Shown here piece after piece: positions 18,092 through 25,451 of a DNA stretch of 38,848 nt. The notes beneath the pieces are model-generated. The model was not told the origin of the DNA and ran no database searches. It saw nothing but the letters and a program-made list of their open reading frames with translations. Each line of letters begins with the position of its first letter. The stretch's first letter is position 1. The stretch spans positions 1-38,848 of IMG/VR virus record IMGVR_UViG_3300020202_000053. The stretch is one strand, 5' to 3'. The stretch is from a virus. A program made the position numbers and the translations under genes.

Positions 18092-18379
18092 TCACTCCTT
18101 CAGGGCGGCGTCGATCATGGAGCGGTACGGGAGGCGCACCCAATTAAGGCCGTCGACGGCTTGGCCTCGCAGGTGGTCCAGGACTTCCGCGCACATCTCG
18201 TCAGGCGGGTCCCGCATGGCCTCAAGGGCGGCGCGGGCAAGGTCGCGCCAGTACTCCCTGCGGCCCTCGTTCAGTACCTTCCACAGCAGCGGCGCGGCGT
18301 CTCCGAATGCGGCGGCGGGCTTGGTGGCGCGCATGTCCTCATAGGCCAGTCGCTGCGCCACCTTCTCCAGCATGGTCAT
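18092..18379 (-). CDS. Hypothetical protein (95 aa)
   Basis: ORF track, with normal composition. Confidence 0.6.
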   Translation of the reverse strand: MTMLEKVAQRLAYEDMRATKPAAAFGDAAPLLWKVLNEGRREYWRDLARAALEAMRDPPDEMCAEVLDHLRGQAVDGLNWVRLPYRSMIDAALKE

Positions 18380-18383
18380 GGCG

Positions 18384-18746
18384 TCATGCCTCCTCGGTAC
18401 CGGGGGCGGGAGGGGCGGCGTCCGCTATGAGCGCCAAGACGCGATGCGGATCACCGACCACGTAATGGGCGGCGGTTCCGGACACGGCGGCGTCCCGCAT
18501 TTCCCGGGTCATCTGGCGCGGCACACACTGCCACCCCTTCTCCCTCTCCCACCTACGGAGGGCGGAGAGGGAGGCGCGGGCATTCGTGAGGGAGCGGTCG
18601 ATCCCCAGCCCTTCCCGCACCGCATCCAGCGCCCGCCCCTGCATGACCGGAGAGGCGCGCTCCCGATCCCATGACGCCCACCCATGCGGGTTCAGCGCCC
18701 TCGCCATCACTTCCACCAGCTCTTCTGTATCGGGGGTGGTCGACAT
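18384..18746 (-). CDS. Hypothetical protein (120 aa; ATG 18746 rather than GTG 18749)
   Basis: ORF track. A TGATG overlap couples it to the upstream micro-gene. Confidence 0.6.
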   Translation of the reverse strand: MSTTPDTEELVEVMARALNPHGWASWDRERASPVMQGRALDAVREGLGIDRSLTNARASLSALRRWEREKGWQCVPRQMTREMRDAAVSGTAAHYVVGDPHRVLALIADAAPPAPGTEEA

Positions 18747-18904
18747 CACTTCGCCTCCGTCTTGATCCCGGGCCTCGCCAGCAGCCCTTCCAGTCCCGCT
18801 GCGAGCATTCTCAAGTCCCGGTCATTCTTCCTGGCATCGGCAAGGGTGCGGGCCTCTTTCGCCAAGCGGCGGAGGTCGGGGAGGATCGGGGCGGCGTCGG
18901 TCAT
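18746..18904 (-). CDS. Hypothetical protein (52 aa)
   Basis: Not in the track. It has an ATGA overlap with the upstream stop at 18901-18904 and a TGATG overlap downstream. Sequence is MTDAAPILPDLRRLAKEARTLADARKNDRDLRMLAAGLEGLLARPGIKTEAK. Confidence 0.45.
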   Translation of the reverse strand: MTDAAPILPDLRRLAKEARTLADARKNDRDLRMLAAGLEGLLARPGIKTEAK

Positions 18905-19572
18905 GACGCCTCGTCCTTCTCGATGCGATGGCGGCCGGCCAAGCTGTCCAGCCCGCGGCGCATGCTGTCCTTCAGCGGGTCCCCGCCCTCCCCGTCATGC
19001 CGATCGGCGGGCACCTTCTGGAGCTTGCCGGCGGCCTGCTCCGCCTCCTGCTGCAGGATGGTTTCCTTGTTGGCCTCCCACCATGCCCGGAACCGCTCAT
19101 CGAACTCCGAGCGGTACGGGCGGCCGGTCTCGAACTGGCGGCGGGCGAGCTGCAGGCGGGAATGCTCCAGCCGGCGCCGGGCGTGGTCGTCCTTCACCAT
19201 CTCGCGGATCTCCGCCGGCATCGGCAGGCGGTTGCCCCACGTCCAGGTGCCCCGCAGTCGCTGGATGGCGAGCTGGATCAGGTCGGCCGGCAGGTCGGAC
19301 AGGGCGTCCCGGTAGATGCGGGTGGCAGCGGCCTGGTCCGGAACCTTGATCCCGAACACCTCCCCGAACTCCAGCAGCGCGTCCATGCAGACCATGAACA
19401 GCTTCGCGTCCGCCGGCTCCAGCGCCATCTCGTAGCGCCGCAGCGCCCCCTCGATCGCCTCCGGGGTGGCCGTGGGCGGGAGAGGGTCGTGGATGCGCCA
19501 GTCGTCAAGACATGCCGGCAAGGATGGCCTGGCGACGGGCAGAAGGGTCAATCTGGCGGGGGGCTTGGACAT
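18901..19572 (-). CDS. Hypothetical protein downstream of replication initiator (223 aa); possible replication accessory factor
   Basis: ORF track. GAAGGGAAG lies upstream of ATG 19572. It overlaps the upstream gene by 68 nt. I see no NTPase motif. Confidence 0.45.
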   Translation of the reverse strand: MSKPPARLTLLPVARPSLPACLDDWRIHDPLPPTATPEAIEGALRRYEMALEPADAKLFMVCMDALLEFGEVFGIKVPDQAAATRIYRDALSDLPADLIQLAIQRLRGTWTWGNRLPMPAEIREMVKDDHARRRLEHSRLQLARRQFETGRPYRSEFDERFRAWWEANKETILQQEAEQAAGKLQKVPADRHDGEGGDPLKDSMRRGLDSLAGRHRIEKDEAS

Positions 19573-20314
19573 GATGGCTTCCCTTCGTGTCGTCCACTAC
19601 GCGGCGGATCCAGTTCCGCCAGGTTCCTGACCAATCCGACTTCCGGCCGTCCTTCCCGGCCTTGCCGCGCCAGTAGTCGCGGAACTTGTCGGCTTCACGG
19701 TCCACCCGGGGCGGGTCCAAGCCCTGGCTCTCGGCCCACAGGCGCCAGTCGTCGGGCAACTCCCAGCCTTCGGGGAGCCGGCTACCTTGGCCGTCGCGCG
19801 GATTGGTTTTCGGGAGGACGGTGACGACGGCGCCCGGCGCATCGGGGCGCGCGCCTCCCCTAGAAGCGGGAGCTTCTAGGGTATTATCTTCATTCCCTTG
19901 ATTTCCTTCATTCTTCTTTGCGTCGCCGCTGCGTCGCTCCTGCGTCGCGTCTGCGTCGGTGGGTGCGTCGGTGACGCGCTCCACGCGCTGATATTCGTCG
20001 TAGTTACAGATGGTTATGAGCGTCTGACCTGCGTCGGTGACGCATACGATCATCCCCTCCTCGACCAATCTCGCGAGGAACCGACGCACCTTGGGGTCAT
20101 CCCACCCCCAGGCACCGGCCAGGAAGCGCAGCGAGTAGGTGAGCTGCCCCCGGGTCAGGGTGACCGACTTCTTGCCGATGCCGGTGCGGGTGTCCTGGTA
20201 GACCGCGTTCTCGATGAGCCAGGCCCACGCAGCGCGACGGCAGAAAGGCTCCCGCGCGCCCCCGAGGGCGGGGTTGTCCATCCAGCCACGGTGCATGAGG
20301 TAGAAACCGCTCAT
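19505..20314 (-). CDS. Replication initiator / replisome-organiser-like protein (269 aa; start refined)
   Basis: ATG 20314 forms an ATGA overlap with the upstream stop. The N-terminal winged-helix-like domain reads MSGFYLMHRGWMDNPALGG...LTRGQLTYSLRFLAGAWGW. The C-terminal motif ADKFRDYWRGKAGKDGRKSDWSGTWRNWIRR is typical of phage O/DnaD-type organisers, from memory. Confidence 0.5.
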   Translation of the reverse strand: MSGFYLMHRGWMDNPALGGAREPFCRRAAWAWLIENAVYQDTRTGIGKKSVTLTRGQLTYSLRFLAGAWGWDDPKVRRFLARLVEEGMIVCVTDAGQTLITICNYDEYQRVERVTDAPTDADATQERRSGDAKKNEGNQGNEDNTLEAPASRGGARPDAPGAVVTVLPKTNPRDGQGSRLPEGWELPDDWRLWAESQGLDPPRVDREADKFRDYWRGKAGKDGRKSDWSGTWRNWIRRVVDDTKGSHHVQAPRQIDPSARRQAILAGMS

Positions 20315-21348
20315 TCGCAGGCTCCCCAGGCATTGCAGGCGGTGCCCATCTCCTCGTGGAGGAAGAGCATCATGTCGTACTGACGGCCGCCCCGGCTGGT
20401 CTTGGACCACTCCGCGACTTCCCAAATGCCCGGCATCGGAATGTCAGCGCGCCCCTGATGCTCACCGGGCGTCTTGTCGTGGGCGAAGAAGCTGGAGAGC
20501 CCGGCGCGGCTGCACTCACCCACCAGGGCCTCCCATTCAGCGATCCGCTGAAACTCCTCGGGAAAGCGGATGGCGATCTCGCGGATTTCGGCCTTGCGCG
20601 ACATGATGCAGGGCATGCAGCCGACGCGGTTCATGCCGTGGTCGTACAGCGGGTTCCACGCAACACCGTGCTTCCGATGCAGGTCGAACACCTCATCTCG
20701 TGTGAGGTGATGGATCGGACGGTAGGTCCAGACGGTGCCGCCGGTATCGACATCGCGGGAGCGCTGGAGCCGGGGGAGCGTGGCGCGGGCGGCGCTCTCT
20801 TCAGCGCGGACGCCCTGCCACGACACGATGGTGTGCCCGGTCGCCAGCAGCGGCCTGTTCACCTGCGTCTGGATCGGGACGATCTTCAGTAGTTCCGTGC
20901 AGAACTTGGCCTTCTTCGATGGGAAGCGGCCCTTCATCATGCACAGGTCGAGGAACGGGTTTCCGGTGGGGTGCAGCAGGTCGAGGGCCCGCGCAACGCG
21001 ATCCGCCGGGACGCCCTTGAGGGGCCATTGCTCCGCGATGTAGCGGCGCTTGCGCTCGATGTCCGCCGTGAAGTCCGCTCGCACCCAGCGAATGGCCGGG
21101 CCGCCCGTCTTCTCGGGCAGCGTGCGCACGAATTCATAGGTCCAGGGGTGTTCGTTGCCCGTGTCGGCAAACACCGCCTGGAATGGCTTGCCGCGCTCCA
21201 GAGCCTTCAGATAGGTGGCGGTGCTGTCCTTGCCGCCGCTGACACTCACGAGGTGGACGACGCGCAGCGGCCGGGGCAACGGATTGCTCTGATCTGCCGT
21301 GAGATTGGGGAAGCCGCTGGCGGGGTCTCTGAGAACCAGATCATCCAT
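20311..21348 (-). CDS. PAPS-reductase-family PP-loop protein, DndC-like (345 aa)
   Basis: ORF track. PP-loop motif VSVSGGKDS is present, plus conserved Cys clusters (GCMPC and a C-terminal CNAWGAC). Confidence 0.85.
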   Translation of the reverse strand: MDDLVLRDPASGFPNLTADQSNPLPRPLRVVHLVSVSGGKDSTATYLKALERGKPFQAVFADTGNEHPWTYEFVRTLPEKTGGPAIRWVRADFTADIERKRRYIAEQWPLKGVPADRVARALDLLHPTGNPFLDLCMMKGRFPSKKAKFCTELLKIVPIQTQVNRPLLATGHTIVSWQGVRAEESAARATLPRLQRSRDVDTGGTVWTYRPIHHLTRDEVFDLHRKHGVAWNPLYDHGMNRVGCMPCIMSRKAEIREIAIRFPEEFQRIAEWEALVGECSRAGLSSFFAHDKTPGEHQGRADIPMPGIWEVAEWSKTSRGGRQYDMMLFLHEEMGTACNAWGACE

Positions 21349-21604
21349 GGCTCACCCCCTCCCCCGCCCCACGGGATGTCGCGGTGATGTCCATGTCCAC
21401 GGCCGATGCCCAGAGGAAGAGCTTGTCGGTTGCCGGGATGGTGTGGCGGTCAAGCCAGTTCCAGACGGTGCGTTCGGCCGATCCGGTCTTGCGGGCGATC
21501 TGCGCCACGATGAAATCGATTTCCGCCGGGTTGCCCTTGGTGAGGGCCATGGTGGCGGTGCGAAGTGCATCGCGGACGGCGATCATCTGACGGGCGGCGC
21601 TCAT
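21341..21604 (-). CDS. Small HTH protein (87 aa)
   Basis: ORF track. HTH-like segment IARKTGSAERTVWNWLDR. Confidence 0.55.
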   Translation of the reverse strand: MSAARQMIAVRDALRTATMALTKGNPAEIDFIVAQIARKTGSAERTVWNWLDRHTIPATDKLFLWASAVDMDITATSRGAGEGVSHG

Positions 21605-22350
21605 GCCGACACCGCCCGCCGGCCCATGCCGACCTTGCGACCGATCTCACCCCAGGTCTTGAGGACGTAGTTCGAGGTCACGCCGGCCGCCGCCGCGACC
21701 TGGCTGGATGTCCACTCCGGACGGGCGGCGGTGATGCGGATGACGGCGGCCTTGCCGGTTTCCCCCTCCTGCCGCTGGGGCGCGGGGAGTTCCGTCTTGC
21801 GCGACAGGGGGGCAGATTGGTTGTCCGGGTGGAACGGGTGCGTCGGGGGCAGATGCGAGCCGGGCTTGGCCTGCTCGACCGGCGGCGGGGCGGGCGGCGT
21901 CACCGGCCGACGACGGACGGCCGGGGCGGGAGTCACCTCCCCCTCCACCCCTCGGGCGATGCGGGAGGCGCGGCAGCCGCGCAGGCAGGCCTTCACCTCC
22001 GTAGGAGAGGGGCGCCGGCCGCAGGGGCCGCATACCGGGTAGAGCGTGACCGGCGGTGGGGCGGCGGCCTTAGGGGACGATTTCGCCTGTGTCCACACCG
22101 GGGCCGTGTCGAGGATCGTCACAACACGCTGGTTGCCGGAGGGCCGCAGGGCGATGCGCCCCAGATCGTCCAGCTTGCGGATCATGAAGCTGACCGCCGT
22201 GACGCTGCGGCCGATGCGGGACGCCAGCGCGTCCAGGGGCAGCAGCTCGTCGGAGAAGCGCGCCTCGCGTTGGACCAACTCGAACAGGCGCTGCAACTCC
22301 TCGTCGGTGACGGGGGAATGGGGGACGCGGAGGGTGACGGCGCCAACCAT
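21601..22350 (-). CDS. DNA-binding protein, N-terminal winged helix plus Cys cluster plus Pro-rich linker plus C-terminal HTH (249 aa)
   Basis: ORF track. Features seen: ...SVTAVSFMIRKLDDLGRI..., YPVCGPCG...CLRGC, and a C-terminal ...WTSSQVAAAAGVTSNYVLKTW. Confidence 0.5.
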   Translation of the reverse strand: MVGAVTLRVPHSPVTDEELQRLFELVQREARFSDELLPLDALASRIGRSVTAVSFMIRKLDDLGRIALRPSGNQRVVTILDTAPVWTQAKSSPKAAAPPPVTLYPVCGPCGRRPSPTEVKACLRGCRASRIARGVEGEVTPAPAVRRRPVTPPAPPPVEQAKPGSHLPPTHPFHPDNQSAPLSRKTELPAPQRQEGETGKAAVIRITAARPEWTSSQVAAAAGVTSNYVLKTWGEIGRKVGMGRRAVSA

Positions 22351-22434
22351 GGTCTCAGGCTCCCAGCCCGAAGGCTTGACGAAGGGTGCGAATGGCTTTG
22401 CGGAGGCGGGTGCGCAGGCAGCGGCACATGGGGG

Positions 22435-22962
22435 TCACTCCGCCGCGTCGGCCGCGCCCACGGCCCGCTTCAGGCCTTGCTCCTGCTGGCTGACCAGCGA
22501 GGGCTTGCGGCGCTGCTTCTTGGCCCTGCGCACTTCCAGGAAGTCGGAGAGCGTGGTGTGCAGCTCCTCCGCCACCGGCTCCATCGCCGCTTCCTCCTGG
22601 TGGTCGACCTTGCCGTCGTCAGCCAGGGCGGCGCCCACCTGGGCACAGAGGCGGGAGGCGAGCGCGTTGACCGCGAGGATGTGCGTGCTCTCCGCGTCGA
22701 GGTGCGAGGCGTTGCCCAGGCCTGCGATGCCGATGATCCGGTTCACGAAGGCCGGCCCCAGCACCTGCATGATGCGGAGCATCTTCCACATGCACGGGCA
22801 GGCGGAGCCCTGGTGGTAGGCGTCGATGGTGCGGGTGTCGATGCCCGTCGCCTCCGCCAACCCCTTCACCGACCACGGCTTGGAGTACCCGACTTCCTGG
22901 CGCAGGGCGTCGGTGAACGCCTCCTGAACCAGATCGCTCGTGATTTCGGTGACATTGCCCAT
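22435..22962 (-). CDS. XRE-like HTH regulator (175 aa)
   Basis: ORF track. HTH segment SVKGLAEATGIDTRTIDAYHQG. It occupies an early-left operon position (cII-like by position only). Confidence 0.55.
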   Translation of the reverse strand: MGNVTEITSDLVQEAFTDALRQEVGYSKPWSVKGLAEATGIDTRTIDAYHQGSACPCMWKMLRIMQVLGPAFVNRIIGIAGLGNASHLDAESTHILAVNALASRLCAQVGAALADDGKVDHQEEAAMEPVAEELHTTLSDFLEVRRAKKQRRKPSLVSQQEQGLKRAVGAADAAE

Positions 22963-22997
22963 GACGTTGCTCCAGAGAGGCGAATAACTTTAGAGGT

Positions 22998-23186
22998 ATG
23001 CAGACCCGACCCCCGCCCCCTTCCCCCATCGATGCCCTGGCCTGTCAGGCGATCAGGGCGCTTGCGCTGCTCTCCGAACTGGACCCCGATCGGTGGGAGC
23101 CTCTGATGGAGGCCTGCTGCCGGATCGGGGGAGAGGCTGGGAAGGCGCTGGAGAGGGAGGCGGGACGTGTCAGGCGACAGGCTTGA
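22998..23186 (+). CDS. Possible 62-aa protein encoded antisense to the leftward operon
   Basis: ORF track. About 80 percent of codons end in G or C. It fills a 207-nt stretch with no credible minus-strand ORF. AGAGG lies just upstream of the ATG. Confidence 0.3.
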   Translation: MQTRPPPPSPIDALACQAIRALALLSELDPDRWEPLMEACCRIGGEAGKALEREAGRVRRQA

Positions 23187-23403
23187 GGAAGCGGCCGCGC
23201 TCGCCACGCGGCGGGGGCGCCAGCCGGTTGGCGACGGTCCGGTAGTAGGACGCGCGCTTGGCCGGGAAGAGTGCGCCGTGCGCCTCCAGCGAGCAGAAGC
23301 CGACCATGGCAGCGGCGGCCAGATAGTCGCCGTTGTTCGCCAGCAGAAAGGCCACGCCCGCAAAACCAGCGGCTTGGCACACCAGCGCGAAGCGGTGGAA
23401 CAT
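23170..23403 (-). CDS. Small membrane protein, 2 predicted TM helices (77 aa; start refined)
   Basis: In frame with ORF 23170-23721. ATG 23403 is preceded by AAGGAG. Sequence begins MFHRFALVCQAAGFAGVAFLLANNGDYLAAAAMVGFCSL... Confidence 0.6.
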   Translation of the reverse strand: MFHRFALVCQAAGFAGVAFLLANNGDYLAAAAMVGFCSLEAHGALFPAKRASYYRTVANRLAPPPRGERGRFLKPVA

Positions 23404-23585
23404 GGCACTCTCCTTCTTTCGGGGATGAGGGGTAGTCCGGCCCGCCCTGTGGTGTGCCACCACCGCGCGCCTATACTCGGTGTAGGGATTGACGGCATTG
23501 TCAGCTTGGGGGAGACCAAGCCTCAGCCCGTCGAAGCCGGAGTGAAGGGGGGTGTGGGCGTCCGAGGGCATTTTCGGGCGCTCCC

Positions 23586-23834
23586 TTACTCGGCCGCGTT
23601 CGGGAAGAAGTCCGCCGGGGTCAGCGGGACATGCTGCTGGCGGGCCTTTTCCAAGAGCAGCGGCTGATGCCGTGCCGGAATGAGGCCACCAGTGCCGCCC
23701 CGTTCCTTCGGGTACGTCCACCGGAACACGTTGCAGACAGCGACACCGACCATCTCAGCGACGACCTTGTGGCCGCCGCACTTCTCGATGACGCGCTGGG
23801 CGATGGGGAATACGGTCTGTTCCATGCCCGCCAT
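23586..23834 (-). CDS. cro: Cro/YdaS-like HTH regulator, first gene of leftward arm (82 aa)
   Basis: ORF track. It is divergent from the repressor across an 84-bp operator region. HTH segment GGHKVVAEMVGVAVCNVFRW. Confidence 0.6.
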   Translation of the reverse strand: MAGMEQTVFPIAQRVIEKCGGHKVVAEMVGVAVCNVFRWTYPKERGGTGGLIPARHQPLLLEKARQQHVPLTPADFFPNAAE

Positions 23835-23835
23835 C

Positions 23836-23910
23836 TTGCGCTAATCGCAACGTCATCGCAAGTGGAAAGTGCGTCAATCGCAATGGGAGTTTATTGCGCG
23901 TTACGCAATA
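23836..23910. promoter_or_regulatory. Three operator-like palindromes, TTGCG-N5-CGCAA, between cro-like gene and cI
   Basis: 23836-23850 is TTGCGctaatCGCAA. 23869-23883 is GTGCGtcaatCGCAA. 23894-23908 is TTGCGcgttaCGCAA, which extends to the 7-5-7 palindrome TATTGCG..CGCAATA at 23892-23910. Confidence 0.7.
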
Positions 23911-23918
23911 CTCCGGCG

Positions 23919-24623
23919 ATGGAACTGGACTGGATCAAGCGGCGGCTCGAAGAGCTGAAGCCGCAGGGCAAGACACAGGCGGGCCTGGCCAAGGCGCTGG
24001 GCATCGAACCGTCTGGCGTGTCCCGGATGCTCAAGGGCGAGCGCCAGATCAAGGCTCGGGAGTTGGCGACGATCTACGCCTACCTTGGCGTTGGCGACGC
24101 ATCCGCGCGGCCGCCTGAAGACGGTATCTCCGTCACCGTCCCCGAGCCTGACACATACGGCGAACCTTTGGAGATCCGCCCGGCGGACGTCGAGGTTCCC
24201 GCGGCCGCCAGCTTGCGCCGCGACGTGCCGGTCTATGGCACGGCTGTGGGCGGCGATGACGCGGAATTCCTGTGGAACGGCGAGACGATCGACTATGTGC
24301 GGCGGCCGCCCGGCTTGGTGGGCGTCAAGGAGGCGTTCGCTATCTACGTCTCCGGTTCATCCATGAGCCCGCGCTACGAGGAAGGCGAGCTGGTCTACAT
24401 CCACCCCAAGCGGCCCGCCCGCCCCGGCGATGACGTGGTGATCGAGCTGCACGGCAAGGACGGCCAAGCTGGCAAGTGCTTCCTGAAGCGGTTTATCCGC
24501 CGGGCGCCCGATCTGGTCCATGCGGAGCAGTTCTTCCCCGTGCGTGGGCCGGTGACCTATCCGACCCGGGAAGTGCGGAACATCTACAAGGTTTTGACCA
24601 ACGCCGAGCTGCTGGGGCTGTGA
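23919..24623 (+). CDS. cI: CI/LexA-type repressor: XRE HTH plus S24 peptidase domain (234 aa; start refined)
   Basis: In frame with ORF 23631-24623, whose N-terminal part is antisense to cro. Sequence begins MELDWIKRRLEELKPQGKTQAGLAKALGIEPSGVSRMLKGER. The catalytic Ser is in VSGSSMSP and the Lys in KCFLKRF. An AVGG-type autocleavage region lies upstream of these. Confidence 0.9.
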   Translation: MELDWIKRRLEELKPQGKTQAGLAKALGIEPSGVSRMLKGERQIKARELATIYAYLGVGDASARPPEDGISVTVPEPDTYGEPLEIRPADVEVPAAASLRRDVPVYGTAVGGDDAEFLWNGETIDYVRRPPGLVGVKEAFAIYVSGSSMSPRYEEGELVYIHPKRPARPGDDVVIELHGKDGQAGKCFLKRFIRRAPDLVHAEQFFPVRGPVTYPTREVRNIYKVLTNAELLGL

Positions 24624-24625
24624 GA

Positions 24626-24964
24626 ATGACAGGGGCGACCGATAATTCGGAGGCCGATACCGGTCCTGAAAAAACCCGTGGAATAAGCCCAGATGGCGCG
24701 ATCCGCTTTTTGGCCACGATGGGCGCTGACATGAGATGTCAGTGCTGCAAGAACGATACTTTTCATGTTCTGTCTGACGGCGATCTCGCTCCGACCGACA
24801 GGCTTCAGCAGTGGAATACTGATGGTAGGCCGAACGGCCGTTTTCTCGATCTGCTGGCGGTAGCCTGCAGTCAGTGCGGCTACCTGATTTACTTTCTCTC
24901 CGACATCGTAGAACGGTGGATTAGAGACAATCCAGAGGTGGTCGATGACGCCGGAAAAGAATAA
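24626..24964 (+). CDS. Zinc-ribbon-like protein co-transcribed with cI (112 aa; start refined)
   Basis: In frame with ORF 24476-24964. ATG 24626 lies 2 nt after the cI stop. Cys pairs are C38-x-C40-C41 and C81-x-x-C84. Codon usage is visibly more A/T-rich than in the flanks. Confidence 0.55.
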   Translation: MTGATDNSEADTGPEKTRGISPDGAIRFLATMGADMRCQCCKNDTFHVLSDGDLAPTDRLQQWNTDGRPNGRFLDLLAVACSQCGYLIYFLSDIVERWIRDNPEVVDDAGKE

Positions 24965-25388
24965 CGTCACGCCTCTCTGGAAGGGTAAGGACACCCCCTC
25001 CGGCGGAGGGGAAGGGAACTCCTATACGTTGATGGGGGTTGGCAGCGGCGGTGGGAATGGCCATGGTAGTGATATGCAGGAGCGCGTTGCCAAGCTCGAA
25101 ACCCACTTCGAGTACATCCGCAAGGACCTGGACGAGATCAAGTCCGGGCTGGGAGCGGTTGTGACTGGCATGGAAGCCATGGTCCGCAACAATCCGACGA
25201 AGGCCGACCTGTACGCCTGGAAAGTCCAGTGGACCGCCATCTGCGTCGGTGCAGTGGCGATCATCGTTGGCGGAATTATCGGCGGCCTGGGCTGGATTAA
25301 ACCGGACGCCTCCCCGCCGCCGCCGGTAACCATCACGGCTCCGGCTCCCGTCATCGTTCAGGTTCCGTCGCAGCCACCAGCGCCGTAA
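24945..25388 (+). CDS. Membrane protein: coiled coil plus one TM plus Pro-rich tail, XhlA-like architecture (147 aa)
   Basis: ORF track. AGAGGTGG lies upstream of the ATG. Coiled-coil segment ERVAKLETHFEYIRKDLDEIK, TM helix WTAICVGAVAIIVGGIIGGLGWI, and C-terminal tail PPPPVTITAPAPVIVQVPSQPPAP. Confidence 0.6.
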   Translation: MTPEKNNVTPLWKGKDTPSGGGEGNSYTLMGVGSGGGNGHGSDMQERVAKLETHFEYIRKDLDEIKSGLGAVVTGMEAMVRNNPTKADLYAWKVQWTAICVGAVAIIVGGIIGGLGWIKPDASPPPPVTITAPAPVIVQVPSQPPAP

Positions 25389-25410
25389 GCGCTCACCCGG
25401 CTCCGCACGC

Positions 25411-25441
25411 AACCCCGCCCTCTCCGGACGGCGGGGTTTTT
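25411..25441 (+). terminator. Intrinsic terminator ending the cI operon
   Basis: Stem CCCCGCC (25413-25419) pairs with GGCGGGG (25430-25436), followed by TTTTT (25437-25441). It begins 23 nt after the stop at 25388. Confidence 0.8.
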
Positions 25442-25451
25442 CATGTGATGC

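Noticed and set aside
21565-23106. 513-aa plus-strand ORF across the early-left regulators
   Set aside because: This is a shadow frame (R/G/A/P-rich) opposite three minus-strand genes that carry HTH motifs and coupled starts.
23631-23918. N-terminal extension of the repressor ORF (track 23631-24623)
   Set aside because: It runs antisense through the cro-like gene and the operator region. The HTH domain starts right after ATG 23919. ATG 23883 remains a possible alternative start.
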